Positions 1-9,832 of a DNA stretch of 64,000 bases are shown here, piece by piece. Source of the DNA: an uncultured Bifidobacterium sp. (GTDB lineage: Bacteria > Verrucomicrobiota > Verrucomicrobiia > Limisphaerales > JADJPG01). Within the stretch, counting starts at the first letter, position 1; every line of letters begins with the position of its first letter. The translations under genes were made by a program, and so were the position numbers. The notes beneath the pieces were generated by a model. It was not told the DNA's origin and made no database searches. It worked only from the letters and a program-made list of their open reading frames with translations. Location: positions 57,856-121,855 of the forward strand of contig CAZBIC010000015.1 of assembly GCA_964491875.1 (NCBI GenBank). The letters are read 5' to 3'.

Positions 1-781
1 CGGGTCTCGCGGAGCGGGGTAAAATACCGAGCAACAGAATCTTCGACTGCGGCTGCTTCTTGCGGATGAGATCGCAGATCGCTCGAATCGCACCCGCGAT
101 GTCGGGCGCGGAATTCTTCCCCGTATTGTTCGTCCCGATCAGCAGCACCACCACCTTCGCCGCCGCGCCGTCCAGCTCACCGTGTTCGATGCGCCAGAGC
201 GTGTTCTCCGTGTAATCGTAGCCGAAGCCAAGATTCGCCGCGTTGCGCTTGCCGTAATACCTCTCCCAAACCTCCTTGCCCGGCTGCGGCCGATCGTGTG
301 GCTCGCCTCCGAACATCTGCGTGATCGAATCGCCGATGAACACCAGCGTCGGCTTGCGCTCGTTCACCAGCTTCGTCACCGCGTCGTGGCGCTTCGCCCA
401 ATCGTAGATCGGCCAGTCGCGATCCTGGGTCACAGCAACAAACGCGGAAGCGGGCCTGGCTGCGCCCACCAAAGGAGCAAACTCCACGCTGGCCAGTTCG
501 CCCTTGTCCTTCCGATCCGGCGTGAACACTCGCGCCTTCACCACCCCGCCCTGCGGCAACGCAATCGGCGCCAGGTAAGGGCCCGACCTCGGCCCCGGAT
601 CCGAACCATCAATCGAATAGCGAATCACGCCATCCAATGTCGTGCAGGTGATCGTTATCTCTCCACGAGCGTCCCGGCGAATCTCCGGCTTCGACAAGGC
701 CGTGGCGAGAGCTTGAGCGTCAACCTGCAGAATTCCAGTCAGCGCAACCAGAAGTCCTCCGAGAAATTTGGCAATGGTCAT
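1..781 (-). CDS. Secreted SGNH/GDSL-family esterase with N-terminal FN3-associated/CHB_HEX_C-like domain (3' end runs off window)
   Basis: Manual translation from ATG 781: MTIAKFLGGLLVALTG (signal), IRYSIDGSDP (FN3-associated motif), LVFIGDSIT, NLGFGYDYTENTLWRI, VVLLIGTNN (SGNH blocks I-III). Absent from the ORF track because no stop lies inside the window. Confidence 0.85.
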   Translation of the reverse strand, partial: MTIAKFLGGLLVALTGILQVDAQALATALSKPEIRRDARGEITITCTTLDGVIRYSIDGSDPGPRSGPYLAPIALPQGGVVKARVFTPDRKDKGELASVEFAPLVGAARPASAFVAVTQDRDWPIYDWAKRHDAVTKLVNERKPTLVFIGDSITQMFGGEPHDRPQPGKEVWERYYGKRNAANLGFGYDYTENTLWRIEHGELDGAAAKVVVLLIGTNNTGKNSAPDIAGAIRAICDLIRKKQPQSKILLLGILPRSARP

Positions 782-821
782 GACCGAAGGATGGCGCAGC
801 GTTGCGCTTCAAATCAACGAA

Positions 822-2207
822 CTACTTCTTCCCCAGCGCCTCCCGAATCGCCGCCAGCAAACGCGGCTCCGCGCCGGGCGCGAGCCACCACCAATCGCCG
901 AGATTCGGATCCTTCTCGGCGATGTGTTTCTCGGTCGGGATGTAACCCGTCGCGCCTTCGCCGTAACCCGCGACCACCACAAACGAATCGGGCCGCTCAC
1001 GCTGCGCGGCGATTTGATACTCCACGTAAGCCTCGCCGGGCAGCACGAGCAATTGCGCCGCGCCAAGATCGAGCGACGGAATCGCGATGCGATGCCCCGC
1101 ATCCGCGCGCTTGCGCCAGCTCAAGGCCAGCGCGGCGAGGCATTGCTGGAACGGTTTCGTCTCCATCGCCAGCTTCTTCTCCAAATCCGCCACAGTGAAA
1201 CCTGGTCCATCGCGCGGCTCCAACCGGACGGGCGTGGAACGAAAACTCACCGTCGTCAGCGGATGCCGCTTCGTATCGCGCCACGCCGAGACCATCGCTT
1301 GAGACAGGCGATCCGCCAGCACCGCGCGGTTCGCCCGGTCGCCCGTGTTGTATTTGCCGGCGGTGACGTTGCCGCTGCAGCCCGAGAAATAAATCTGCTT
1401 CACGCCCGGCAAATCCCGCTGACGCCGCGCGCGGGCGATGCCGGGAAAATCCGCCGAGACTTCGCCGCTGCCGTAGTAGCTCATCGGATGCACTGCGTAG
1501 CCGCTCAGCGCAGCGACAGCTTCCTCGCCATTCCAGAAGCTCAGCGTCTTGAGCCACGGATCAATCAAACCTTCGTCCGCTTCGATGGCGAACGCATTGC
1601 GCGTGCTGCTCGTGCGGTCGAATCGAACCGAGCCATCCGGCATCCCGTAGCGCCGGTTCGACGCCACGAGCTCGACCTTGGCTTGCCCGACCCCGACGTG
1701 CGTCACCGGTTGCGCGGATTTCAAACCCGCCCTCAACGCCGCCGCCACGCCTTGCACCGCGCGTTCGTGAAACTCCAGGTCGCAGACCGTTCCCGCCAGC
1801 TTGCGCGCCCGCAAGATTCGCTCCGCCTCCAAATCCGCCACCGGCGCATCATGCTGGTGAATCGCGCAGACCATGACGCGTTCAGCCTTCGTCCCTGCGG
1901 CTTCCGCCAAAACCTCCTGCCAGCGGGTCAGCGCATCATTCCGAATCTCGCACCAATCCACCGCTACAAACACCACCGGCGCTCCCGCCCCCATCAGCAC
2001 GATCCCGTTCGCGAACAACGGATCCACCACCGACTTCGAGAGCCACGCGCCGCCCATCATGCCGTGGCCCATCGGCACGGTGACGTCGGCGGAGAAGGTC
2101 GCGAGACGGAACGCGGGAGACTGGGCGAAGGAAAGGTACGGGAACGAAAAGCCGCCAGCGGCCAGCAGGGCGATGCGCTGGATGGCAGAGCGGCGGGGAA
2201 GTTTCAC
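822..2207 (-). CDS. Tat-exported hypothetical protein, neutral/alkaline ceramidase-like fold
   Basis: RRSAIQR Tat-like signal; DPLFANGIVL, HQHDAP, YAVHPMS, GCSGNV and LPGEAYVEYQ motifs of PVC ceramidase-like proteins. Confidence 0.65.
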   Translation of the reverse strand: MKLPRRSAIQRIALLAAGGFSFPYLSFAQSPAFRLATFSADVTVPMGHGMMGGAWLSKSVVDPLFANGIVLMGAGAPVVFVAVDWCEIRNDALTRWQEVLAEAAGTKAERVMVCAIHQHDAPVADLEAERILRARKLAGTVCDLEFHERAVQGVAAALRAGLKSAQPVTHVGVGQAKVELVASNRRYGMPDGSVRFDRTSSTRNAFAIEADEGLIDPWLKTLSFWNGEEAVAALSGYAVHPMSYYGSGEVSADFPGIARARRQRDLPGVKQIYFSGCSGNVTAGKYNTGDRANRAVLADRLSQAMVSAWRDTKRHPLTTVSFRSTPVRLEPRDGPGFTVADLEKKLAMETKPFQQCLAALALSWRKRADAGHRIAIPSLDLGAAQLLVLPGEAYVEYQIAAQRERPDSFVVVAGYGEGATGYIPTEKHIAEKDPNLGDWWWLAPGAEPRLLAAIREALGKK

Positions 2208-2219
2208 AGAAGCACCACT

Positions 2220-2456
2220 TCAAATGACGAACTCCGCCTCCACCGGACGACGCCAATGCGGGGAGAGTGCCCTGCCACTCTTGGGAAACATCCTTCGCCG
2301 TTCTTCAAGCAACGGCAGCACCTGCGCCAGCGTCATGGGGCTGCGACGAGAAATGAAGTCCGGCGAATCGGGCAGGTCGAGCTCAGGCACCGCGGCAGGA
2401 CGATCATTCAGGACATATCCTGATTCAGGGAGCGATGGCTCTGGCGATTCTTTCAT
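2220..2456 (-). CDS. Small hypothetical protein, probable partner of the upstream nucleotidyltransferase
   Basis: 78 aa; its start overlaps the NTase 3' end and it fills the gap to the next gene on the same strand. Confidence 0.55.
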   Translation of the reverse strand: MKESPEPSLPESGYVLNDRPAAVPELDLPDSPDFISRRSPMTLAQVLPLLEERRRMFPKSGRALSPHWRRPVEAEFVI

Positions 2457-2955
2457 ACAAGTCCCGATTGCCGTATTTCTCGAACAACTGTCTCCAATTC
2501 TCCTGCCTCAGGTCCACCCGATTGGCAAGGAGCAGATTCACCACATCGTCCATGTCTTTCAGCATGCGGTGCCGGAGTCCCTGCTTGAGGACATGGAGTT
2601 TCAACGCGATGAGATGCTCCAAGGAAGGAAACCGCGCCTGCGATGTGCCAGTATTCTGCACCGCTGATGCGGCAAACATTACATCAAACGTCGAGTCGTT
2701 AACGAACATTAGATCAACATCGGTCCCGCCGGGTTCAGCGGTGAACTGAGCAAAATTGTCATGCTCGTAGGCAATCCCATATCCCTGCGCCGCCAGCACA
2801 ATCTTCCACGCCTCTCGATCCGCCCTTCGCACCAAGTAATCCAAATCGAAGGTGTCGCGCGGATAGCCGTGAGCAATGACCGCCATGCCGCCAATGATCA
2901 AGAACGGCAGCTCAGCATTCTTGGAGCAGGCGGCAATGATCTGAGCGGGTGTCAT
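2425..2955 (-). CDS. Nucleotidyltransferase family protein (DUF6036/AbiEii-like Pol-beta fold)
   Basis: IIGGMAVIAHGYPRDTFDLD (GGxA..H..RxTxDxD), VDLM, LIALK and KDMDD motifs. Confidence 0.8.
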   Translation of the reverse strand: MTPAQIIAACSKNAELPFLIIGGMAVIAHGYPRDTFDLDYLVRRADREAWKIVLAAQGYGIAYEHDNFAQFTAEPGGTDVDLMFVNDSTFDVMFAASAVQNTGTSQARFPSLEHLIALKLHVLKQGLRHRMLKDMDDVVNLLLANRVDLRQENWRQLFEKYGNRDLYERIARAIAP

Positions 2956-2978
2956 CGGTGGCTTACTTCGCCAAGTTT

Positions 2979-3911
2979 TCAATTATTCTTCGCCAACCCC
3001 TCCGTATGCCCGAGGTTCTTCACGGGCTTGAAGATCTCCTGCACTTCCGCGAGCAACTGCTGGTCGATCGGTTCCGCCGCCCACTTCGCCCAGTTGCGGA
3101 TGTTCTCCGGGTTCGCGCTGCCGGCCACGGTCGTCGTGATGTCCGGGTGCGCGAGGCTGAACTGCAGCGCGAGCTTCGCGATGTCCACGCCCCTCTTCGC
3201 ACAATGCGCGGCAGCGGCGCGCGCGGCGACCTTCACGTTTTCAGGTTCCTTGAGCCAGGCGGGCAGCGGCGCGTTCGTGAGCAGGCGTGCGCTGAACGGC
3301 CCGGCGTTCATCGCGCCCACGCCCTTCGACTTCAGATACGGCACGATCTCGTCGGCGAAGCGCGTGTTCTGGAGCGTGTATTGATTGTAGCTCAGCGCGC
3401 AATCGACACTCGTCTGGTCGAGGATGAACTTGAAAATCTTCATCGGGTACCCGCTGAACCCGATGAACCGCACCTTGCCCGCCTGCTGAATCTTGCGCAG
3501 CGCCGGGATGGTCTCATCGACGATCTGCTGCATCTCCACGAACTCGATGTCGTGACACAGCATGATGTCCAGATGGTCGGTGCCGAGCCGGTGCAGGGTC
3601 ACGTCCACGCTCTCGGCCACACGCTTCGCGCTGAAGTCGAAGTGCTGGAGATCGTAGCGGCCGAGCTTCGAGCACAGCGTGTAGCTGTCGCGCGGAACGC
3701 CCTTGAGCGCGACGCCGAGCAAGACTTCGCTCATGCCGCGTCCGTAGAACGGCGAGGTGTCGATGAAGTTCAGGCCGCAATCGAGCGCGACGCGGACGCT
3801 CTTCAGCGCTTCGTCCATCGTGACGCTGCGAAACTCCTGCCCGAGCGACGACGCGCCGAAGCTGAGGATGGGGAGGTGGAGGCCGGTTTTACCAAGGAGG
3901 CGGGTTTGCAT
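2979..3911 (-). CDS. Aldo/keto reductase (L-galactose/L-fucose dehydrogenase-like)
   Basis: LGKTGL, FIDTSPFYG, SKLGRY, DIMLCHDIEF and GKVRFIGFSGYP motifs. Confidence 0.9.
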   Translation of the reverse strand: MQTRLLGKTGLHLPILSFGASSLGQEFRSVTMDEALKSVRVALDCGLNFIDTSPFYGRGMSEVLLGVALKGVPRDSYTLCSKLGRYDLQHFDFSAKRVAESVDVTLHRLGTDHLDIMLCHDIEFVEMQQIVDETIPALRKIQQAGKVRFIGFSGYPMKIFKFILDQTSVDCALSYNQYTLQNTRFADEIVPYLKSKGVGAMNAGPFSARLLTNAPLPAWLKEPENVKVAARAAAAHCAKRGVDIAKLALQFSLAHPDITTTVAGSANPENIRNWAKWAAEPIDQQLLAEVQEIFKPVKNLGHTEGLAKNN

Positions 3912-3922
3912 CGGATGGAGGA

Positions 3923-3954
3923 GTAATCAGTGAATCAGTAGGTCAGTAATCAGT
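3923..3954. repeat. Short tandem 7-8 nt repeat (RTCAGT-cored units)
   Basis: gtaatcagtgaatcagtaggtcagtaatcagt in the intergenic region. Confidence 0.6.
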
Positions 3955-3973
3955 CGTGAACGCGGCGGTTCTG

Positions 3974-4085
3974 CTTCCTCTCCATGCGAGGCACGAGCGG
4001 GGAGAGGATTGAGGAGAGGGGAGATCCCAATCGAGACATTCCTCCTCCCCCCAGCCCTCTCCTCCATCAGATGGAAGAGAGGGAG
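3974..4085. repeat. Pair of inverted REP-like palindromes (CCTCTCC...GGAGAGG family)
   Basis: cctctcc-N17-ggagagg-attgaggagaggg, followed by an opposite-orientation copy cctccccccagccctctcctcc-atcagat-ggaagagagggag. Confidence 0.7.
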
Positions 4086-4135
4086 TGGAGCCGGTCGTCG
4101 CGTCGTTTGCAGAACACAGTTCATCGCTCGTCCGT

Positions 4136-5389
4136 TCAACCAATGAACAACGGCTTCATGTGACGGTCGAAAATATTCTCGGTCACGTTCTTCGCCACGA
4201 TGGCTTCGTTCGATTTCAGCAAGCCCGTGTAACGCGCGCCCGCCTTGGCCGCGAGCTTGAACGACACGTGCAGCAACTGCCGGAAGCTCGCGTTGAACTC
4301 CACATGACCGGGGATGTGCCGCAGCGCATTCGCGAATTGTTCCCCGCGCCAGCCGTTCACCGCCGCCGCTGACGGCAGCTTCGCCTTGTCGATGTCGATC
4401 ACGCTCGCGTAGGGCGCGCAGAGTTCGTCCACATGTTCCAGCGCGTAGGTGTAAATCTCCTTCGACAGCGCCAGCCCTTCGCCGCCCGCTTCCGCGAGGC
4501 CAATGAGCTCTTCGAGCCACGTCGTGCCGGCGGTCTTGAGATGCAGGCCCGCGCCGGTGCGTTGCAACGCGCGGCGGATGATCGGGTAGAGCGAGAACTT
4601 GTCGCTGCCGCTGTGGACGGAGAGCTTGAGGTTCGCCGGCAGACCGTAGCGCGCGACGGCGTGCGCGATGACGGCAAGGTCGTCGTTGAACTCCTTCTCG
4701 AACTGCGCGAGATCGCCGACGTAATCCACGCCCTTGTTGAAACGACCGGTGAACTTCGGCGCGATGGTCTGCGCCTTCACGCCTTCATCCGCGAGCGCGG
4801 CGAGAATGATGAGCAACTCCGGCGGCGTCTGCGGCGCATCGGTTTCGTCCATCGACACCTCGGCGATGAACTTGTCCTCCCCGCCCTTCTTCGCCGCGAT
4901 GTGACGGTAAATCTTCCCGGCATCCTGCACCGCGAGCAGATACTTCCCCGCGACGCGCGCGACCTCGGCCCCGGTGATTTGGAACGGCTGCGCAATGCCC
5001 GCGATGCTCACGCTGCCGGTGAGTTCCGGATGCCGCGCCACGAACGCGTTCACCGCATCGGCGGACGCGGGTTTGCCGATGCTGTCCGCGACGTCGATGG
5101 TGAAGAAGTCCGAGCACGGGAGAAAGCGCTCCACCGTTTCGAGCCGGATATGATCGGCATCGACATGCCAGCCGCCGGTCCAGCCCTGGGACTTCACCGC
5201 GGCCTGCGCGGCGTCGAACACGCTCTGCGGCTCCGACCCGATGAAAGTGTGTTCGCGGTTGGATTTGTTCCACACGGGCGCGACGTGGACGCCGTGTTTG
5301 GCGAGGAGTTGAAACGCGTGAAGCTGGGCCTTCGCCTGATGCGCGAAGCGGTCGCCCACGCCGAATGAGAAACGTTCGAGAGTCAACAC
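4136..5389 (-). CDS. uxaE: Tagaturonate/fructuronate epimerase family protein
   Basis: SFGVGDR, HVDADHI, FNKGVDY, SVHSGSDKF and HLKTAGTTWLEE motifs. Confidence 0.85.
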   Translation of the reverse strand: MLTLERFSFGVGDRFAHQAKAQLHAFQLLAKHGVHVAPVWNKSNREHTFIGSEPQSVFDAAQAAVKSQGWTGGWHVDADHIRLETVERFLPCSDFFTIDVADSIGKPASADAVNAFVARHPELTGSVSIAGIAQPFQITGAEVARVAGKYLLAVQDAGKIYRHIAAKKGGEDKFIAEVSMDETDAPQTPPELLIILAALADEGVKAQTIAPKFTGRFNKGVDYVGDLAQFEKEFNDDLAVIAHAVARYGLPANLKLSVHSGSDKFSLYPIIRRALQRTGAGLHLKTAGTTWLEELIGLAEAGGEGLALSKEIYTYALEHVDELCAPYASVIDIDKAKLPSAAAVNGWRGEQFANALRHIPGHVEFNASFRQLLHVSFKLAAKAGARYTGLLKSNEAIVAKNVTENIFDRHMKPLFIG

Positions 5390-5451
5390 AGTGGGGCGAG
5401 CGTGGCGGAAATGTGAGGAAAGTGCAATTGCAGGCGCGACCGCCTATAGAC

Positions 5452-5482
5452 AAAAAAATACCGCCGACTTTCGTCGGCGGTA
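5452..5482 (-). terminator. Intrinsic terminator of the VPDSG-CTERM gene
   Basis: Perfect stem taccgccgac-tttc-gtcggcggta with a 7-A tract on the left (U tract on the minus strand). Confidence 0.85.
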
Positions 5483-5508
5483 ATTACAAAAACCTTGCGC
5501 GAAAATGC

Positions 5509-6135
5509 TTAGCTCAACTTGCGACGGGCAAGCCCAAGCCCAGCCACCGCCAAACCAATCAAAGCCAAGGTAGAACCACCATCGGGAACATTGGTTCCGG
5601 TCCCGCTACCGAAAAGCTTGAAGTTCGACAAACCGCCTCCCCCTCCGTTGCCGAAGGCAGATCCATCATAACTCCATGTTCCAGACGTCGCCCCATCTGC
5701 GATATGCCAAACAAAATGGTCAGGGGTCCTAGATGAGCCACCTCCACCAACGTGCATGGAAATTGCAGCGTCGGCATACTGCGTCCAAAATGACGCATCA
5801 ATCGCCCAAGTGCCGGTAATCTTTTTATCGGAATCGTTCCCCCATTTGTCGCCAGCGCTCAGAGCAATCGTAAGAAGACCAACGGTAAAGCTTCCGGTCG
5901 CATTATTACCTCGTTCCATTGATGCCACCTCAGTCCACGGAGCCAAGGAGCCGAATCCACCATTGACATCAGCAACAGTTGCATTGCCTTCGCCCCCAAA
6001 TCCTGCGGTCGCGTCAGTGAGTGAAGCCGTTCTTTGAGTCGGAGGACCAGCTCCGATTGTAATTGTAGCCGCGTATGCACTGACCGTCAGGCCGGCGACC
6101 AGCGCCCCCGCCAATGTAATTGTTTTGAGTTTCAT
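5509..6135 (-). CDS. VPDSG-CTERM (PEP-CTERM-like) exosortase-sorted surface protein
   Basis: Signal peptide MKLKTITLAGALVAGLTVSAYA; C-terminus VPDGGSTLALIGLAVAGLGLARRKLS. Confidence 0.9.
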   Translation of the reverse strand: MKLKTITLAGALVAGLTVSAYAATITIGAGPPTQRTASLTDATAGFGGEGNATVADVNGGFGSLAPWTEVASMERGNNATGSFTVGLLTIALSAGDKWGNDSDKKITGTWAIDASFWTQYADAAISMHVGGGGSSRTPDHFVWHIADGATSGTWSYDGSAFGNGGGGGLSNFKLFGSGTGTNVPDGGSTLALIGLAVAGLGLARRKLS

Positions 6136-6183
6136 AGTTTCTAATTTTAGTCTAGCAAGACGAACTTCGTCTTCCTTCTTCAA

Positions 6184-6199
6184 AGCAACATCCATGCGA
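6184..6199 (-). promoter_or_regulatory. Possible degenerate sigma-54 promoter
   Basis: Minus strand TCGCATGGATGTTGCT vs consensus TGGCACG-N4-TTGCW; one G of the -24 GG is mismatched. Confidence 0.35.
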
Positions 6200-6363
6200 A
6201 CGATCGCAAAAAATGTTTCCCCTCAGGAAGACGAATCTCAAGTAACTTAAATAAAGCGATTTACAACGATAGAAAGCCTTACATTTTAATCTCAATAGAC
6301 CATCCTTAATGAATCAATTCGACAATTGTAAGGAAATCCGACGTTTTCAGTAGTTAGAAAGAA

Positions 6364-7560
6364 CTAGATTTTAAGGAACAACTTCCTCCGAAGCATCCAA
6401 AACAGAATCAGCCAGAACACCAGCAGCACGACGGTGCCTTGGAGAATCGGGGCGAAGGTTTCGCCGAAGAGTTTGAAGGCGTTCGGGCCGAAATGCGTTT
6501 TGAAGGAGCTGGCGATGAAGCCATCCCACAGGTGCGCGATGCAGTAGGCGGCGATGGAGTTCATGCCGATGACCACGAGCGGAAACGACCAGCCCTTCCA
6601 TCCGCGCGCATCGACGACGGCGTAGAACCCGGCCATGAACAGGAAGCACAGTCCGCCGCTGAAGAGCGCCCAACTCGGCGTCCAGATGCGTTTCACGATC
6701 GGGCAGACGCCGAGCAGGTGCAGCGCGGTGCCGAGCGCGAGGCACACGGCGGAGGCGAGCAGCAGGCGCTTGAGCTTGGTCTTGTGCGGCAGGTCGCTCT
6801 TGAGCCAGCCGCCGGCGAGCAGGCCGAGCAGCATGGTGCCGAGTGTGGGGATGAAGCTGAGCGTGAGATAGCCGCCGCCGTTCGCGACGAACTCCTTGGC
6901 GCGCGGGAAGAGGTTGAGGAACCATTGGTCGAACGCCGCACCAAGGTTGGCGTTCTTGTTCCAGTGCGCCGCGAAGCCGCTGGCGTGATGCGCCCAGTCC
7001 GGCGGCACGCCGACCTTCGCGTAGTCGAAGTCCGGTCCGGCCACCGGATACAGCGCCCACGCCAGCCAGTAGCCAAAGAGCACGACGACGAGAGCGCCGA
7101 ATTGCACCCTCGGCTTCGTGAGTCCCAGCGCGAACAGAAACGGGTAGCCGAGGCCGATTTGCGTGAGGGTGTCTTCGAAGGTCCAGTTCGTTTGCGGGCG
7201 TCCGACGGAGCGCAGGAAGACGCCGAGCAGGATCAAAATCAGCGAGCGCCAGAGGGCGTGGCCGGTCATGGCGAAGGCGGATTGGCCCTTCGCTGCGCGG
7301 CTGGCGATGGAGAACGGCAAGGCCACGCCGACGAGGAACGAGAAAGACGGTTGAATCATGTCGTGCAGCGAGCAGCCAACCCAATCGACGTGGCTGGTGT
7401 GGAAATCGAGGAACTTCCAGAACGCGCTGTCCGGATAGGCCGCCGCCACGCGGCCGACGTGCAGCACTTCAGCCATCATGAGGAACATGACGAAGCCGCG
7501 GTAGGCGTCCATCGAGGTTAGGCGGGCGGGCGCGGCTAAAGAGGAAGGCTGAGTCTTCAT
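6364..7560 (-). CDS. Membrane acyltransferase, HGSNAT-like/DUF5009 family
   Basis: [35 protein letters not shown] and IGMNSIAAY motifs; multiple TM helices. Confidence 0.85.
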   Translation of the reverse strand: MKTQPSSLAAPARLTSMDAYRGFVMFLMMAEVLHVGRVAAAYPDSAFWKFLDFHTSHVDWVGCSLHDMIQPSFSFLVGVALPFSIASRAAKGQSAFAMTGHALWRSLILILLGVFLRSVGRPQTNWTFEDTLTQIGLGYPFLFALGLTKPRVQFGALVVVLFGYWLAWALYPVAGPDFDYAKVGVPPDWAHHASGFAAHWNKNANLGAAFDQWFLNLFPRAKEFVANGGGYLTLSFIPTLGTMLLGLLAGGWLKSDLPHKTKLKRLLLASAVCLALGTALHLLGVCPIVKRIWTPSWALFSGGLCFLFMAGFYAVVDARGWKGWSFPLVVIGMNSIAAYCIAHLWDGFIASSFKTHFGPNAFKLFGETFAPILQGTVVLLVFWLILFWMLRRKLFLKI

Positions 7561-7961
7561 CAGGAAGCTTTGGCTTTTCGCGCGACGCGTTTGGCGAAGC
7601 TCTCGACACGGATGACGCCGCGCTTGTGCAGGCCGCGCGCGATGACTTCGTGCTCATCACGCGCTTCGACGTGAAAGGTGATGCTCGTGCCTTCGGAAGC
7701 GACAACGCGCGCGAGGCAGGTGACGTTCGCGCCCATTGGCGTCGGAGCGAGGTGACGAATCTCGATCTCCGCCCCGACGGTGCGTTCGTTCGCGTCGAGG
7801 AACGGATACATCGCTTCACGCGCCGTGCGTTCGAGAAGTCCGATGAGTCGCGGCGTGCTGAGCACGGCGGGCATGCCGTCCGTGGCGAAATCGATGACGT
7901 GTTCCTGCGCGACGGTGAACTTCAGCTCGCCGGTGGTGCCGACTTTCGGACGGGATTTCAT
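7560..7961 (-). CDS. Hotdog-fold thioesterase (FlK-like)
   Basis: [27 protein letters not shown] and GLHKR motifs. Confidence 0.85.
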   Translation of the reverse strand: MKSRPKVGTTGELKFTVAQEHVIDFATDGMPAVLSTPRLIGLLERTAREAMYPFLDANERTVGAEIEIRHLAPTPMGANVTCLARVVASEGTSITFHVEARDEHEVIARGLHKRGVIRVESFAKRVARKAKAS

Positions 7962-8056
7962 CGGGCGGATTTGAGCAGTGGCCCGGACGAAGGACAAACA
8001 GGAAATGCAACGGCCCGGTATTGCCAACGCCGCCCTGCTCTCTTCACTATGCGGCC

Positions 8057-8944
8057 ATGTTCTCCATCACTGCCAGTCACGTCAGTCGTGTCCCTTTCGT
8101 TTCGGTGCTGGTCGCATTGATTTCTCTCTGCTCAGCACGCGCTGCGTCGGATGCCGTTCAGCCCATCAGTCTCACGGTGGCGACGTTCAATCTCCGCTTC
8201 GCCAGCGACAAGGGACCGAACGCATGGCCGGACCGACGTCCCGTCATGAAAGCGTGCTTCAAGCAGATGGCGGCGGACGTCATCGGAACGCAGGAAGGTG
8301 TTTATTCCCAGCTCCGGGATATCGCCGCCGATTTGCCAGACTACGAATGGATCGGCACCGGACGCGATGGTGGCAGCCTCGGCGAATTCATGGCGATTTT
8401 CTACCGCAAGGCGCGGCTCGAGCCGTTGGAGTTCGATCACTTCTGGCTGTCCGACACACCGAACGTCATCGCGTCGACAAACTGGGGCAACACGAACCGG
8501 CGCATGACGACGTGGGTGCGTTTTCGCGAACGGAAAACGGGACGCGAGTTCGTCGTCTTTAACACGCATCTGGATCACGCCGTGGTCGCGGCGCGGGAAA
8601 AAGGTGCAGCGTTGATTCGTCAGCGCATCGAACAACTCACCAACGGTCTGCCCGTATTGTTGATCGGCGACTTCAATGCCGAACCCGGCAAGGAGAAGAC
8701 CTACAGCTCGCTGGTGAGCGACGGCTTTCTGAGCGACGCGTGGACGACGGCGGCGAAGCGCAAGAACGACGGCATCGAAACCTTCCACAACTTCAAGGGG
8801 CCGCGCCAGGGTCCGTACCGCATCGATTGGATTCTCACGCGCGGGCCTTGGGAAGTGCCCGAGGCGGAGGTGTTCATCTTCTCGCGACGAAACCAGTTTC
8901 CCAGCGATCACCATCCCGTCGTCGCCCGGCTCAGATTGCGTTGA
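8057..8944 (+). CDS. Secreted endonuclease/exonuclease/phosphatase (EEP) family protein
   Basis: TFNLR, GTQE, NTHLDH, GDFN, RIDWI and SDHHPV motifs; signal peptide. Confidence 0.9.
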   Translation: MFSITASHVSRVPFVSVLVALISLCSARAASDAVQPISLTVATFNLRFASDKGPNAWPDRRPVMKACFKQMAADVIGTQEGVYSQLRDIAADLPDYEWIGTGRDGGSLGEFMAIFYRKARLEPLEFDHFWLSDTPNVIASTNWGNTNRRMTTWVRFRERKTGREFVVFNTHLDHAVVAAREKGAALIRQRIEQLTNGLPVLLIGDFNAEPGKEKTYSSLVSDGFLSDAWTTAAKRKNDGIETFHNFKGPRQGPYRIDWILTRGPWEVPEAEVFIFSRRNQFPSDHHPVVARLRLR

Positions 8945-9009
8945 GTCCCGCGCCCGCGAGCTAGCCGAAAACCCTTTCGCTGCGCGGAGGCAGCTGCTAC
9001 AACGCGCCC

Positions 9010-9825
9010 ATGTCTTCCGCAATGAAGCTGGGATTTCTGGGCGCAGGAAAGATGGCGTCCGCCCTCGCCAAAGGATTCATTCACGCCGGTCTCGCGACGA
9101 GTGATTCCATCATCGCCAGCGATCCCTACGAAGCCGCGCGCGCGAGTATCGCGAAGGATGCGGGCATCCGCACGACGGCTTCCAATCTGGACGTCCTCAA
9201 TGCGTCCGAGGTCATCATCCTGGCCGTGAAACCGGATCAGGTGAGCGCCGTCCTCGCGGAAGCTCAGCCTCATTTCACAGGCAAGCACCTGCTCATTTCG
9301 ATCGCTGCCGGCGTCACGCTCGCCCGCATGGAATCAGCGTTGCCCGCCGGCGCGAAGGTCGTTCGCGTGATGCCGAATACTCCGGCACTCGTCGGCGCAT
9401 CGGCGTCGGGCTTCGCACTCGGCAAAGAAGCGGGCCCGGAGGAAGCACACCTGGTTCAGAAACTGTTGTCGGCTGTGGGCACGGCGTATCAGGTGAAGGA
9501 ATCGTTGCTGGATGCGGTGACCGGATTGAGCGGCAGTGGTCCCGCGTATGTGTTCCTGATGATCGAGGCGTTGAGCGACGGCGGCGTGGCAGCTGGGCTC
9601 CCGCGCGACATCGCGACCAAGCTCGCCGCGCAAACGTTGCTCGGCAGCGCAAAGCTGTTGCTCGAAACCGGTCAACATCCCGGCGCGCTTAAGGACATGG
9701 TGACCAGTCCCGGCGGCACGACGATTGATGGACTGCATGAATTGGAGAAGGGCGGACTCCGCGCCGCGTTGATCAACGCAGTTCGCGCCGCCGCCGAGAA
9801 ATCGAAGAAGCTCGGCCAGGGTTGA
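9010..9825 (+). CDS. proC: Pyrroline-5-carboxylate reductase
   Basis: GFLGAGKMA, LAVKP, RVMPNTP, SGSGPAY and VTSPGGTT motifs. Confidence 0.97.
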   Translation: MSSAMKLGFLGAGKMASALAKGFIHAGLATSDSIIASDPYEAARASIAKDAGIRTTASNLDVLNASEVIILAVKPDQVSAVLAEAQPHFTGKHLLISIAAGVTLARMESALPAGAKVVRVMPNTPALVGASASGFALGKEAGPEEAHLVQKLLSAVGTAYQVKESLLDAVTGLSGSGPAYVFLMIEALSDGGVAAGLPRDIATKLAAQTLLGSAKLLLETGQHPGALKDMVTSPGGTTIDGLHELEKGGLRAALINAVRAAAEKSKKLGQG

Positions 9826-9832
9826 ACGTATC

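Noticed and set aside
768-2423. 551-aa plus-strand ORF and similar long antisense ORFs (21033-22643, 32000-33574, 37920-39680, 50213-51892, 57749-59821)
   Set aside because: These are shadow frames of motif-supported genes on the opposite strand in high-GC DNA, Arg-rich and without recognisable motifs.
3927-4143. Small ORFs across the uxaE-AKR gap
   Set aside because: They translate the REP-like element (PLPLFHLMEERAGGR-type text) and are unlikely to be real proteins.
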